Below are positions 27,192 to 41,229 of a stretch of DNA of 64,000 nucleotides, piece after piece. The notes under the pieces were generated by a model that was not told where the DNA came from, made no database searches, and worked only from the letters and a program-made list of their open reading frames with translations. The position numbers were made by a program, and so were the translations under genes. The stretch is from the NCBI GenBank assembly GCA_011109175.1, contig RDEW01000068.1, positions 39,621-103,620 on the forward strand, written 5' to 3'. The stretch is from Dicyema japonicum (taxonomy: Eukaryota > Animalia > Dicyemida). Position 1 is the stretch's first letter, and each line of letters starts with the position of its first letter.

Positions 27192-27622
27192 TACTAATTA
27201 TTATTCAAAGCAATAGATTTGTTAACAAAATTTACGAACATACCGATAAAATTATAAAATGAAATAACGTTTATTGTTATCTAGTCGAAAATAAAATATA
27301 TCAATTTATTAAATTAACATTACATTTAATAAATATATTAATTTTTTGATTTTTTATATAGAATGCATGACTCGTGGAACTAAAAATTTTAATGTGCACG
27401 CTATGTGTTCACCGTTACTGGTGAAGTCAACTGTGGACTCGAATTCACAGGAATAAAGGATTAATATAAATACCACTCCGAGAAGACTCCCCATTTTTAA
27501 ATAACTCATGGAATTCCCCATTTGTGAACTTTTGATAAAATTGTGGGTTCGAGAAAATTGTTTTTTAATCCGAAATTTTTTCCTTCTTAAATTTTTCGAT
27601 TTCCTCTACTCCGTGGCTGATT

Positions 27623-27722
27623 CCGGATGGACTCTGTTTCTGTAGAAGTGGAAACTGGATACACTTAATTAGTTGTTTACTTTAACTTCTTTCTCGGTGT
27701 ATCCGGGGTTAATAAATAAATT
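27623..27722 (+). repeat. 3' 100 bp of the SINE-like family
   Basis: GGATGGACTCTG..CTGGATACAC..GTGTATCCGGGGTTAATAAATAAA. Confidence 0.75.
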
Positions 27723-28163
27723 ATAATCAAAACGCAACTTAAAAAGTCATCTTGCACTACAGTTCCAATTTTTTCTCTGAGATCCATCCACGCTCTCAAC
27801 GAGGGTGTGTCTCTTCGGGAAGCGTTCAGGTCCTCTGCTTCATCTTGTTTTGTTTTTGCATTCCTTAGATCTTTCTGGAATACATCTCGGTTCCCTCAAT
27901 GCCCTCGAGTGCATTCAAAATATTTTTACATAACATTGTTGTGAGGTACCGTTGAATCAAAACAGATCTTATTAAATCCTCTATAGGCTGGGATTCAGAT
28001 CATCGTTGCTGATTTCTCTTAGAGGGTTCTCTAACAGACAACGTGGATTTTATCTATGGTATTTTTCTAACTTCTCACATTGTATCCGATCCATTCCTCC
28101 AGTTACTCAATTGTACAAAAATAGAGGGGGAACAAATGCATTATGAAGAAGTAGCTTCGTTGA

Positions 28164-28740
28164 TTAAGATACATATGTTATGTTATCCAAATTAAGTCGT
28201 GTCCGACCCTTGGAGATCTCATGAACCAATTTTCTCCACTCTCCCCGATTCGTTGCAATTTGGAGTAGCTTTGATATAGGCATTCCCGTGACGTCTTCCA
28301 CCGTGGATAGCCACCGAGTCCTCGGTCGGCCAGGTCTTCTCTTCCCAGTAATATTGCTCAGCATAATGGTTCTTTCCAGGGAGTCAGAGCGGACAACATG
28401 TTCAAAGATCGCCAATCTGTGATTTACGATTCTTCCTTCTAGCGAAATGTCCGTCACCACCCGTTTGAGTACATCTGTGTTTGTTATTTTGGAAGTCTAA
28501 GGGATTCTTAGTAACCTACAGCACCACAGTTTTTCGTCTATCCGCCTTTTTCAGTATCCATGATTCTGCGCCGTATAGAAAAACCGGGATTGCATTAACC
28601 AGTCTGCATTTGGTCTTTAAGCAAATATCTTTGTTTTTCCAAATTCTATTCATATTCTTTGGAAGGTGTCTCGTCCCATGGCAATTCGCCTCTTGATTTC
28701 CAAGCCTCCGTCACCATTCCAATTAATTAGACATCCCAGA
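28164..28740 (-). mobile_element. RTE/BovB-like LINE 3' fragment
   Basis: SLEGRI..FEHVVRSDSLERTIML..GKRRPGRPRTRW. Confidence 0.8.
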
Positions 28741-28799
28741 AAGACAACATTATCCAACTCTCTATTTTCTCATTCCCAATTTTTAGTTTTTAGTTTCAT

Positions 28800-28940
28800 T
28801 CACTCGAGTTTCTCGGACGTCTTGGAAACCGGATCACCTCATGCACTGGAGATCTCCGTGAACGCCGCTGGCTATTTGAGCGAATTTCGCTCGCAATTTT
28901 AAGAGGGAACAGCCACGCAGTGAGGGCGGCAACTACCTGA
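28800..28940 (+). mobile_element. CRE-like extreme 3' fragment
   Basis: EFLGRLGNRI..WLFERISLAILRGNS; nearly identical to 63771-63905. Confidence 0.7.
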
Positions 28941-29599
28941 CTTCTACTGGTTAAATGTAACTTAATTTCAAAAAATGTTGACTTGATTTAAAAAAAAAAA
29001 TTACCTGTTTCATTATTCCATTATTAGCAGTAGTCATAATTTTGGTCTTCTTGATATTTAGCAATAAACCAAAGACGAATGATATGCAGTTGGTTATTCA
29101 GGAACGCTGCAATAAAACATGTCAAATACAAAACGCCGGCCAAGTGCTCTGAGTGGCTCTCTGCCAACACCCTAAACATTGCTGAGGCTCGTAAAGCTGC
29201 TAAAGTCTCTGGGAATATAGAAGAGATAAGAAAAACTTAACTCTGAATTCAAAAAGGCAGCCAGGAAGGATAAAGAAGGTTCCCATTCAAAATGGCCTCT
29301 TTCAAAACGGCCTCCGATAAATTTTTTCAGGTTTTGGATAAGTTCATCAATAAACATCACGAGATATTTTACCAAGGTCCTCGACATCTTTAGGTAAAAA
29401 AGTCATCTTTTTTAAATCTTATAAAAATTGATTTTAAGGGGTCCTATGGGTAAGTGGAACATTTACCAAGGTCCTCGACATCTTTAGTAAAAAAGTCATC
29501 TTTTTTAATATTTTTATATAACTTTAAAATGAAATATTTATTTTCAAAAGAAAAAAAGGAAAATGATTATAAATGTTAATAGAACACATATTCTACTAA

Positions 29600-30830
29600 A
29601 TTGAATATATATTCTGTCGGATCCATATTAAGTAATATTTGTTCTTGAACAAATCTCAATATATTCTCAGATAAAGCGATATATTTAGTTTTTCTAAGAA
29701 TTTTTTCTCCATTTTGTAATCTTAAGAATTTTAATCATTATGCTTTCTTTTATCAATTTCTTTACAAAATTTCTTGGCGTCTTGTTTAGTGTCCCAAATG
29801 TACTTCTAAAAACGTTATGCCAGCCTTCAATTGAGTTATTTGTCCGAGGTAAATCCTTATATAAATTATCCAGATTATTCCAATAATTAATTGGAAATCT
29901 TGGAATTAATGCATTTTCTTGATTTCCGATATAATTGATCGAAAAATATTGATATAATGGATTTAGAATCTCAGGAAAATCTGATCTCGACACTATCCAA
30001 TCAAAAGTGTTCTTACAGTATGTGTAGGAATAAAGGAGAGGCATTTCAACAGTTTTACAAATCTATCGTTAATTTTAAATCACATTTAACCTATTTATAT
30101 CTTCATTATTTATGTCGTTGAAAATTCCTAGTTCCAATATTTTTTATTAATATTTTGTCCTAAATGGGAGATGCAGCGTTTGGAAATGATTTTTGAAAGA
30201 GTTTATTGCTCCTTTTTCAAAATCTGAGACAATAACTCTTGGTTCTAAATCCGGAATGAGACGTTTAATTATTTGAAGCATTGTGTCATATTCATTTTCA
30301 GTTTTTGATGTTAAAAGACAGAATATTATTGGAATTACATGGTGATTAATTATTACCGATATTGTGAATAATTGCTTCCAAGGAAGAGGGCAGAAAAAGT
30401 CCCATCAATGGACCATATTTCATGATTTTTTAATGGTGTCGTCATTTCAGAATTAAAAAATAACCATATTTGTCTCAACATCTGAAAGTTAATCATTAAT
30501 ATACCAATATTTTGGCGAAAATAGTCCAAACTATAGAATCTATGCCCTCGTAAGGTATACATTAAATTCTCCTCAATATTAAGAACTGAATCATCACTTT
30601 CGTGTGGGATACTTTTTCTTGTTCTATTAATCAGTTGTTCCAGAGAAGAATGAGTCCCTGTCAAAGCAATAGTTGTCAAATTTTGTCCAAGCAGAGAATT
30701 ATTAATTATCTAGGACCCATATCACATAAGAGTGATTTCTGCTTTATGTCCTCCCGTATTAAGGCTCTCTTGACAAATTCACTCCTTGGAAGATGACTAT
30801 GTTGCTTCAGACTGGAGGTTACACTGCAAA
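29600..30830 (-). mobile_element. MULE/Mutator transposase remnant
   Basis: WSIDGTF, SDFEK, PRFPINYWN, PRTNNSIEGWH. An adjacent duplicated roughly 45-bp block at 29366 and 29461 may be subterminal. Confidence 0.8.
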
Positions 30831-30990
30831 AAAATAGAAGATGACTATAAGAGAAGTCACACTACGAATGCGCATTTACAACTAAAAAGATTATGAACTC
30901 CCTTTACGAAAATGATGGGCAAAATCAAGGACAAGGATGGTGTTGAATTGCTAGGGCAACAGAACATCCGAAATCGTTGGAGAGAATAGA

Positions 30991-31225
30991 CCAATGAGAT
31001 CTTCCTGACGTCGGGAGTTGTCACGCACAACCCCTAACCAAACAAAATTAGAATCTTGCAACGGAACGTTAATAGGATCACACCGAAAGACACTGAGTTC
31101 AAAGACTTTTTGGACACAAAATTGATATTGTTTTTGTGCAAAAGTCCAGACTATCGAACACTCAAGATTACAGACTACTCAGTACTCAACTCCGAAAGGC
31201 CAAATGGGTCCCATAGTTGTTGGCT
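30991..31225 (+). repeat. 235-bp direct duplicate of the LINE 5' region at 31729-31963
   Basis: Near-identical sequence 738 bp apart (KIRILQ(R/Q)NVNRI, start of the APE domain). Confidence 0.9.
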
Positions 31226-31728
31226 ATATTCAGAAACTGTGTGCCTACCCATATGTGTTGATGAAGCAACGTTGGGTGAGGGGCATAAAATCCTTGAGGA
31301 GGAATGCGTGTGGAATTAAGATACATAGAACTTCTAAAATATTTTTTATTATTTGGTTAGTCTCTTAGCGACCATTCATTAAATATCTCAGGAACCCAAC
31401 GATTGCCCAAGTCCTTATCATAGAAGTTTACATTACGTCCCAAGAATTTGAAAGATGAGGAAAAAAGGAAGTATGACGTACTTGCAAACGAGATGGGGGA
31501 GATACAGGGTAGTTAGGTCCTCGATATTCAAATAGTAATAAGAGAAATTACAACAAAGTACCACAACGGGTAAAATAGGATATTAGTGTCTTGTGTGGTT
31601 GCAATTGTAGGTTCATTTATGTCACGTGTCATATGGATGTGTATAAAAAAATAACCACTAAATTTCCTTATCGGTTCACTCAAAGGAGTTCCCAATGGCG
31701 ACCGTCAAGCGGGCACAAAAACCTCACC

Positions 31729-33620
31729 CCAATGAGATCTTCCTGACGTCGGGAGTTGTCACGCACAACCTCTAACCAAACAAAATTAGAATCTTGCAAC
31801 AGAACGTTAATAGGATCACATCGAAGGACACTGAGTTCAAAGACTTTTTGGACACAAAATTGATATTGTTTTTCTGCAAAAGTCCAGACTATCGAACACT
31901 CAAAATTACAGACTACTCAGTACTCAACTCCGAAAGGCCAAATGGGTCCCATAGTTGTTGGCTGGTCACTCTCATAGATTCTTCCATTCATTTAACCCAC
32001 ACTACCCGGCACATAGACATGCAAGCCTCAGATAACCACATGGAAGTTATTACCATTAATGTCATCTTCACTCTTTACTCACTATGGCATTCATTTCACT
32101 CACAGACGCCAGAGGAGAACAAGTCACCTCAGAATTATAACACCTTGTAATGCTGAACAACCGCAATCAACACACAAGATGTGGAACTCGTCCCGGAGAT
32201 CCTTGGAAGACTTCTCTGTGTATAAATTCACCTCTCCAGATAAAAAAATCAAGAATAAAAAATGGACTTAATTTATATCCAAAATCGAAACCTTAAAAAT
32301 TCTGGAGATTCACCAAAGATGTTCAGGTTTTGATCACCCATAATTGAAAGATCAGTCACATTCCAATGTGAAGACCTATTCGACCAAAAAGAGTCCAACC
32401 ACAACGAGGTACGACCCCCTATAACTCTAATCCATGACTTGATCCAAAATTCACGCTACTCTCCTGTCAAAAACCCTACTCCATTTCTCCTACAGACATA
32501 TTTCACTTACCTCAGTTGCATCGAAGATCATGGAAGAAATATTCTTGAAGGAGATTTCAAGCCACCTCAACCTTTCCAAATCGAACATGGATTCCCTCCC
32601 TTTCACTAGACAAACTCCCATCTCTCCACCTAGACGCAGTTTGTTGCAAACCTACCGATAGAACTGGTCTGGTGACAATCGACCTGACATAATCCTTTGA
32701 CACCATTTCTCGTGTGGTCCTCTCGAACAAGATCAGTTCATCAAGTATCCCTCAAGTTTGGCAGTTCTAGTTCAAATTTCCTTTCCGGAAGACTGGGTTA
32801 AACCTGTTTTTATACTCACGTGTCCCGATTTTGCAAACTCCCCAAAGGTGTTCCTCAGGGATCTGTTCTTTCACGATCATTTCTAATCTTTACCTCAACG
32901 ACATTCAGATGACTCAAAACGCTCCTTCTATCATACATCAATGACTTTATAATTGGATAAAAACGTTCAACTGACCTCATTTAATGTCCAAACAAATTTG
33001 AATTTATTATCCGATTGGATAGACTTGATGTCTCCGTCCACATCCTCGATAACGATATTTACAACAGACCAGAGATAATTTGACAACAGTCCTACTATAT
33101 ACTTCGACAACGAACTTTTCCAGTGTTATATATCCTTAACCCTCTGAGTTTGTTATGTTGAACAACTTTGGACTAAAGCAGAGCGAAAATCAAATATCCT
33201 TCGAGCAGTGGGTGGTCATTTGAACGGCCAACAGATAGATTGTCTAACACTCATATACAAGCAATTCATAAGGGCGACACTGAATTATGCCTCTATAAGC
33301 TTTACTCCATGCATATCACTCTTCCTCCTACAAAAGCTGGAGGAGGTACAAAGTTGACTATTGAGAGCTTTAACGGGCTGTTTAAAATATCTGGTGCGCA
33401 CTTACATTGGGAATCGAAAATCCTGCATTTGGGTGAGCACCTTGAAATGAAGAGCTTACGATATTTCTGACAATTGAAGACCTACACCACCAAATCTCCC
33501 CATTACTTTAATCCACCCAACCTCCTAACCTCCCCATGACACATATGGAGAACATTCACTGATCTACAAAGAACACTAAGGAAAATCCCACCTGCAAAAG
33601 TAATGGATCTCTGGCAGCGT
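31729..33620 (+). mobile_element. Jockey/I-like LINE remnant (APE plus RT)
   Basis: ILQQNVN, TSVASKIME, GVPQGSVL and C-terminal HLHWESKIL. Confidence 0.7.
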
Positions 33621-33699
33621 TTTTTGACGGTTTTTCTACAAGTTAATAATTTAATTAAATTCCCTACTTTGCAAAAAAAGTATTGAAGTAATAAATGGA

Positions 33700-34609
33700 A
33701 GGCCGATGATTCTGTCCGAGATCGATTTGATGTTGGAAGTTCGAAAGTTCTTACGCAGAACTCTAACTAGAAATACTGCTGAGAGCAATTAACTTCATTT
33801 TCTTCACATAATAATCGAAAAAAAAACGATTCTGAAGTGAATGTGATTTTATGTAATTGACATCCACGGTAATAGAAATAACAAGACGACCTCCAAAAAT
33901 TTAGCAATTAAATGTTGTCGGTGAATGACACGGGGAGGATGGAAAGTTATTCTGGAGACCTTCAAGTCTACTTTCGTTGAAGATATAACAGAGTCTGAAT
34001 TTAGATACATTCGAAGACGCCAACAAGTACCCAGTGAGCTAAGGATCCTGTTGAAGTTGGTGTATCGGTTTCTAAATTTAATGGACCTAGATTATACGAT
34101 CAGTGCCGACCCACATTTATGGAACAATTGATAATTGCCGAGCAAATTGAACAAAGCTCGAGACCCCGAACCAAAAAGATTCCTTATTTCAAGATTGACA
34201 ATAAATTACTGGAGTGTTTGAACTGTGTCATTAGCCAATGAGTTAAAAAGAACTCTATATCAGATTATTTCAGTGAAAAAAATGAGCCATCAACTTTAAC
34301 AACTTTATTAGCAAGGAAAAAATTAAAGAGGGAGTTATTCGGCCTCATGCCAAGTCCTGCAAACGCTTGGACTCTTCTCTGCGCTCTCAGACTCCTTTTA
34401 TCGTTTATTCTTGCTGCAACATATGAGTCAATGATGGCATCTCTTTTTAGGAAGTTTTCCATCCTTTTTTCTGCTGCATTTCTTATCGACATTACTAGCA
34501 AATTTTCATCTTTATCTAGCTTCTCGTCGAGCATTTTGTGTAGGGCTATCCCTGCTCTCCTCGATTTTTTAAGAAGTAAGATAAAACGCTCTTTGTATGC
34601 AGTGTAATA
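33700..34609 (-). mobile_element. Non-LTR C-terminal remnant, paralog of 18430-19200, truncated by a Ginger-like insertion
   Basis: AYKERFIL, FLKRDAIIDSYVA, AQRRVQA. Confidence 0.65.
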
Positions 34610-35760
34610 TGTCGCGAGCGCTACCTGCAACTATGCGCTACCTGCAATATCGTTTTTTTGAATTTTTTGGAAAAATTCTCTCCACTTGATTTAACGAATC
34701 TCTCTGTTTCAATTTTAGTTTCTAAATTTTCGCTTAACTCTCAAACCATTCACAACTGCTTCATCATTTTTTTCAATGTAGCCTACATAAGGGAGAATTG
34801 TATTAAATCCTTTGATGCCTCTGTAACGACGAAACGGATTGTCACCTAATTTATATATAAGGCCATACAACCTGTTGAATTATGATAACTAAGATTATAA
34901 ATTTGGACAGCTTTTTTAATCTGTTTTTTCCAACATTTATTTGGATTATCGGATAACATCGTCGACAAAGTTCGAGTGATTGTCTGATTGAATCTTTCTA
35001 CAATTCCTAAAATAATTTAATTGTATACCTTGACTACGTGGGTTGTTTGGACGTGAGTGAATTTGAATAATGTTATATTTCTTGCAAATTGCAGTGACAT
35101 GTGAGTTTTTAAACTCGGAGCCATTGTCCGACTGTAAATATAAAAATGGTCCATAATCCATGAATATATCCTCAAGGTCGTCAGCAACTTCCAAACCACT
35201 TTTTTTCTTTAAGCTTTTTGTAACAGCATATTTTGAATAAATATCAATAGCCGTTGAAAGCCACGAATAACCATCATTATGCTCGCTAAACCTAGAGAAT
35301 ATAAAAAATTGATACCTTTTAAGATCGATTTGAATTCTCTCATTAGGCCGAGTGGCAATTATATGATTTCTTCATTATATTCCTTAAGACTTCTGGCAAA
35401 AAGACATGTCTCACAATTGGAAACAACATCGCGAATAACATCTCTTTTCACAAAAAATATCGTTCTTTACAATATGTTTCTAGGATTTTTTGGCCACAAT
35501 GTGTTAAATCATGAATTTGAGTAGCGACAAACTTCATTTATTCATTTCCTCAACGTTGTCCGAAACAATAACCAATTTATCGCCTTCTGGGTCTTTTAGA
35601 TACATTCTTCCTCCTTTAAGAACGAAGCTATTGGACTTTTTTCGGATCCTGCACATAGCATATGCAGGCACATCAGAAGGTAAGCCTCCTTCCAAAATAA
35701 TTTTGAGATTATCATATTCAACAGATGTCTTACAAACAAGCGTGACATAATAATTCAAAT
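34610..35760 (-). mobile_element. Ginger/TDD-like integrase transposon with three micro-introns
   Basis: HHCC region, ERIQIDLK|RFSEHNDGYSW..IDIYSKY, LQSDNGSEF, PRSQG|IVERFNQTI, YHNSTG|DNPF. Introns at 35292-35315, 35007-35028 and 34846-34871; TGTCGC terminus at 34610. Confidence 0.8.
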
Positions 35761-35899
35761 TAGTATTAATAGTTTATAATAATTTTATATAATAAATAAT
35801 TTTATATAATAAAATTAATATTTTATCTTATAAAAATTAGAATTTTAATCCAAAAGAACAATTTTTATAGATCGCCTTGATAATCTAAACATCGAATTA

Positions 35900-37370
35900 A
35901 ATCGAAGATCATTTTACAGAAACCTAACCCCTACGGAAAATAATGTTACTGCGTCTATTGATAATGAAAATGTGCAGACTTTTGGGAAGAATTATGGAAA
36001 AGGAGGAGTCTAAATTCGGAAAGTTTTAATATTGGGAAAAGAATAACTAGTGTTGAAAATGTGTCTGTTGAAGTCTGTTGATGTGGAAGCGTTTGGCCTT
36101 CTTTCTGAAAACCAGATGGGAACAAGGAAGAGATGTCAGGTGCTAAAGACAGGCACTAGTCAATAAATCACTTAATAAGTAAATGGAGGTGGATTATATG
36201 CTGCATGGATGACGTCAATAAGCATTTGACTCGGTTGACCACAACTTTTTAATGGAAGTCCTTGAAAAACCCGGAGATTACTGATTATGCATTGGAGAGT
36301 GAAACTAATGTTGAATAATAAAAATATTCGTGATATTCAGATTGAAAGGGGAATTTTGCAGGGGGATAGTTTATCTCTATATTATTTGTCTTAGTGCTTT
36401 ACCCACTTAGCCGTTTATTGACATATAAGAATCCAAAAGTCTCCGTTTTACATGATGATCAGTCTGTCTCGTCATTTTCAACTAATCATGTTTTATTTAT
36501 CGACGATTTAAAACTTATTTTGACTTGAAGATGTTGTAAAGATGATGGAAGATGTTAATTTGTACTTCAGTGCTGTGGGGCTGGAAAGGAATCTAGAAAA
36601 GTCCGCTACGAGTGTCTTGTTATCAGATGAAGCCAAGTTGTTAGAGGGAATGGATGGATATAAATACCTCGGTATATTGGAAGGTCCTTCCGGACATATT
36701 CAAAAGCCAGAATGTTAAAAATAATTTCTTCGCAAGTAAACCAGAGAATTGAGAAAATGGTGAATACCAAACTAACGCAGTGAATTTGTTTAAGGCTATT
36801 AACGAGCATGCTCTGTTTTTATATAACTATTATATTGGACTATTAATGTGGAACCCTGTGAATACGATTTGATTGACTCAGCTATCAGCACCATATTGAT
36901 TAAACATCGAGTCCATCTCAAACCTGCATGCAAGTTTATTTAACAAGAAATTACCTGGAGAGGGCTACGCTCAATATCTCTTCTAAGTGAGATGTTATAT
37001 GGATTTTATTCATGATTTGAAACTCAGAAGTACTGTTTGCAGTGGAAGTGCCGCTATTCTTCAAGTCGAACATTCGGAGAAAACACATTTGGCATTAATC
37101 GAAGAATTCTAAGGCACAAGTATTCTATTTGCGACACTTCTGAGTTGGATATAAAATTGATATCGAACATGCAAAAGGTTTAATGAATCATATAAGATTG
37201 AAGAAGTCTTCATTCCGTTATCTATAAGAATTTGTTGAAGGAATATGTGAATATAGAGCATTCCTCCCATTGGCTTCTAAAAGGGAATAACTCCCCAAGG
37301 TCGGAAGCCTTATTCAAGATAGGAATCTGTTATTGGAGAACAAAATGCAATGTGCACCCATTGTAAAAAA
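35900..37370 (+). mobile_element. R4/Dong-like non-LTR RT remnant
   Basis: NQMGTR, AFDSVDH, GILQGDSLS, NHVLFIDDLKL, YKYLGI, FKAINEHA. Confidence 0.7.
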
Positions 37371-38285
37371 AAAACTAATCGAAAATTAATTTTACCAGAC
37401 TGCATTGATATTTTCGCAGAATTCCTTCAGAAGAAACAAATTGCTGCCTTGAAAATAATAAATAAGAAAACTGTGGATAACGTATTGAATGTTAAAGAAC
37501 ACCTAAGGTGGAGAGTGAAGTCATTTCTACAGTGGGCAATAAAAACCGGCTGTCCGCTTTCACTCTCTATATCTGACTATCTAGAAAATGCGGGAATCTA
37601 TGGAGAATGAGACCGTCCCGTTTTTACCAATTCTGTTAAATCTTCGAAGACCACGAACGAGAGCCAGAACCCGGAAAACCGGGATCATTTAGTTAGTAGT
37701 TAACTTTTTCTAATCCGGTGATCTTGGGGTAAAAAAAAAGAAGAAACGGATGAAAACCATTTTTTTAGAGATTGATTTAACCTATACATTATTATAAAAA
37801 TGATACCTCTCAACCTGGCCTTTAACCCACAGTGTTCTTGGTCTTCCAAAAATATACTCTTTCTAGAAAGCGACGAATCCAGATATCCATTTCTAGTTAT
37901 TCGATTATCTGACGACGCATCATCCATGATCAACTTGAAGCTTAATAGCATGTGAAGAAATAATAATTTATTTATTTATTTTTAAATATTAATAAAGTAT
38001 TTTTTATGAAATTCCCACTTTATTTAACCAACTAAAAATAATAAATATTATTAAAATGACACTCTATTCATATTGAATGGTATTTTGCTAAGGTATGTTT
38101 TTAAAATATTAACGTTTTTAACTAAAAATTACACCATTCAACTCAGAAAAATCTGAATTAACCAGAGAACTAATTTTTATTCTGATTGGTTCTTGTGGAG
38201 TTCCACGAACGGACGATAACAATGATTAAAACCAAATAAAACTTTAACTCCCATAAAACCAAAAGTTATCAAATTAAACGATAAA

Positions 38286-39427
38286 TTAATCGATTATAGG
38301 GTAAATTGGAAAGAGAGGAAATCCGCAGTTAGCCTTTCCACGTGCCAATTTCACATAGCCAAATATTCCCCATTTCTACCCCATGAATTTTTCAAGAGCC
38401 AATACTTTTCTCCTTTTGAAATTCCATAACCCACAACAGAGATTGAATGGAAAATATGCACATTTGGACAATTTTTGTAATGGAGTATTCCTAATACGTT
38501 TCATTAATATTTACCTATAAAATACAGTTCAAAGCGGGTAGAATAAAGAATACTAACAGTAACAGGACCAACATCTACAAGAGTACGCAAAAGCATTTTT
38601 TCATCACTTTCAAGTTCTATATCCAGTCAAATTAAATTTGATATCTGGTTGACCTCCATATTTGCATTTTCTAACCTATATAATTATCGTCGAAATTACT
38701 TTGGCAATATGGATACCGTTTTTCAGAATTAATTCCTCCGTTTTTTGATGTAATTGTACACATAAATGATTTCCAGAACTGCATCCGTTGTGATTCGCAC
38801 AATCAACATATTTTGTTCGCTCATTGATATAAGTTTATTGTGTTTGATTGCAAAATGTGACTCCAATGTAGCCAACTAAATATATTAAACATTCGTTAAC
38901 TGCGCCAAATGCATAGCATGAGCCACATTTAGTCCTTGAGATTTTATATCAGTTACACAGTTTCTTTTTACCCAATTAAAGGATGGAGGATATTTCTTTT
39001 GATATATTGTAATCTCCAAGTAATTCATTTCCAATTTACCATAAGAATTATAATTATTATATAAATTGAATTTGCTGGGTTTGAATATTTCTCTCCTTGT
39101 CTACAAAATTATTTTATGAGATAACCATGTCAGCAAACTGATTAATTCCTAATTCATACAAAAAATTTCCTTGTTTTGCGAGTAAATTGTGGTTGTCAAT
39201 ATGTCTTAAATTTTCAGTAAAAATGGCCTTTCTAACTTGGAATTCTAAACCAGAATACGATTTGTCTAAATTAAAAATTAATTTAACTGTATTTTTCTAG
39301 AAAATTATTCCATTTGATTTCATAATAATCAAAGGATTGATTTAATGATTCGTATTTGAAATGAATTTTAGATGAAATACAAATGAATTAAACAATATAG
39401 TGGAAACAACGAAAATTAACCGATCAT
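38286..39427 (-). CDS. Cathepsin L-like papain (C1A) cysteine protease, paralog 1
   Basis: I29 prodomain (RKAIFTENLRHIDNHN, GINQFADM), QG..CGSCYAF, SEQN, HSISVVGYG, YWLLKNSWG, GYVKLARGKANCG. Four micro-introns; several frameshifts. Confidence 0.85.
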
Positions 39428-39981
39428 TTTAATTAATTCTGTATATTTTTATTTAAAGTTTTATAGAAATATTACAATAAATAATTTTTAATTTTGGTTA
39501 CTTATTCTCCATATTATTTATTTTACGAATATATTGCAAACTACTCTGGACAGATTTAATGCATGAACCAAAGAAATAGCAATACCAGATTATATTATAA
39601 GAAAAAAAGGTTCTCGAAACTCAACTGACAGAAAAGCTCACGAGCATGTAACCCCGACAAGATTAACTGGAACATTATCTAAAAAATATGGAAGAATTCG
39701 CTCATCACTCCAACTCATGAGGCCGGAAAACCAAAAGGAGATCCCAGTTCATACATACCAATCTAATTGACCTTTACTATATCAAAAGAGTTGGAAAAGT
39801 TGGTCCTGTCTGAAATTAATCTTTCCATAACTCAATTGAATTTCCAACATGATTCTGTTCTGGAAGATCAAACACAACATACTTATCAAACTTTCGCAGT
39901 TTATTGCGGATGGTTTCAACACTACTTAAAAACAGATGCGGACAACAATAGTCTCGTACTGGGGAAACATTTACACTCAAT

Positions 39982-40098
39982 CCCATATATGATGACTTAC
40001 CACATAAATGATGACTCAATTCCATAAATGATGACCCAATTCCCATAAATGTCGACCCAATTCATAAATGATGACCCAATTCCCGTAAATGATGACCA
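39982..40098. repeat. About 21-bp degenerate tandem repeat, about 6 copies
   Basis: CATAAATGATGACCCAATTCC units. Confidence 0.85.
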
Positions 40099-40329
40099 AG
40101 TTATATATATAAATAATACACGAGTAAATCTATATTTTAATTTCCCCTATTATGGTATCAACTAATACAGATATGAGAAGTCGCAAGGTTTTATAAACTA
40201 AAGTCTATTTAATCAAATTAAAAGACTTTACAAAGTTAAAACAAGAGATTGAGATCACTTCGATCAGTAAAAAGACGAAAAAAGAAAGATAAAGAATCTA
40301 ATCCAAAAATTCGCCATAATTTGAAGCTA

Positions 40330-40862
40330 TGTTGCCAATTTTTTATCTGGAAGACGTAGGAAGGTCATCTGTGGCCACCTCAGATCACGATCAAGTTTAC
40401 TACCAAACGGAGTACCCCAAGGTTCGCCTTTGTCCCCTACTCTATTCAACCTTTTCCTCCACCACCTGGCAGCAGACATTAACAAGGACCTCTTACTGCT
40501 TTTTTATGCTGATAATATTATCATTACAACAAGAAGAACGACATCAGAAGCAGTCTCACTCGCAGAGAAAAAAGTGAATTGTGTCCATGTTTGCTTAATA
40601 CCTAACCTTCTCTCGTTATCGGTTCCGGATTTCTCCAAATTTGAGAGGAAGATGGACACCCACTCAGCCTCTCACTGTTTCACGCAAAAGAAAATCGGTT
40701 GGCTGAGAAAATTCCGCCCCCAATCGGTTTCCTCTACAAAGATCAAAAAAGCTGTGGGAACAATAGAGACGCACAGGCTTTGGTTGGCACGCTAGGTTGT
40801 TGGAACTGCGATCACCTAACTATTTGACATTTCTTTCTCGATGCTCCCGGGGTTATAAATAA
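40330..40862 (+). mobile_element. LINE RT fragment with 3' end
   Basis: GVPQG, SPTLFNLFL, YADNI; ends CCCGGGGTTATAAATAAT. Confidence 0.65.
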
Positions 40863-41229
40863 TCTGGAACGCCCTCAGAACGACATTTTGACGGATTCCT
40901 TGTCTTCCGAGAAAAAGTCCAAATCGTCTGCATAAGCTACAGCTTCTATTCTTGAGGTTTCAGTTACTTAATAAAAACCCAATTTGTAAGAAATGCAACT
41001 CCGTTTAAGAGACAACGAAACATTTAGTCGTCAGTAATGGGTCTTCTTTCTCTCTAGAGCCTCCGCGTCTGGAGAACGTATGGGAAAATCTGTTACTAGT
41101 TTCACACTTTCTTTGGTGTTCTCATGCAAGCCTTGTTAACCTGTGGCAAATAATAATAGTCACACTAATTAATCCAAGGAAGGAACCCAATGGAGAACGT
41201 GCCTACAAAATCAACCCTCATATATACTA

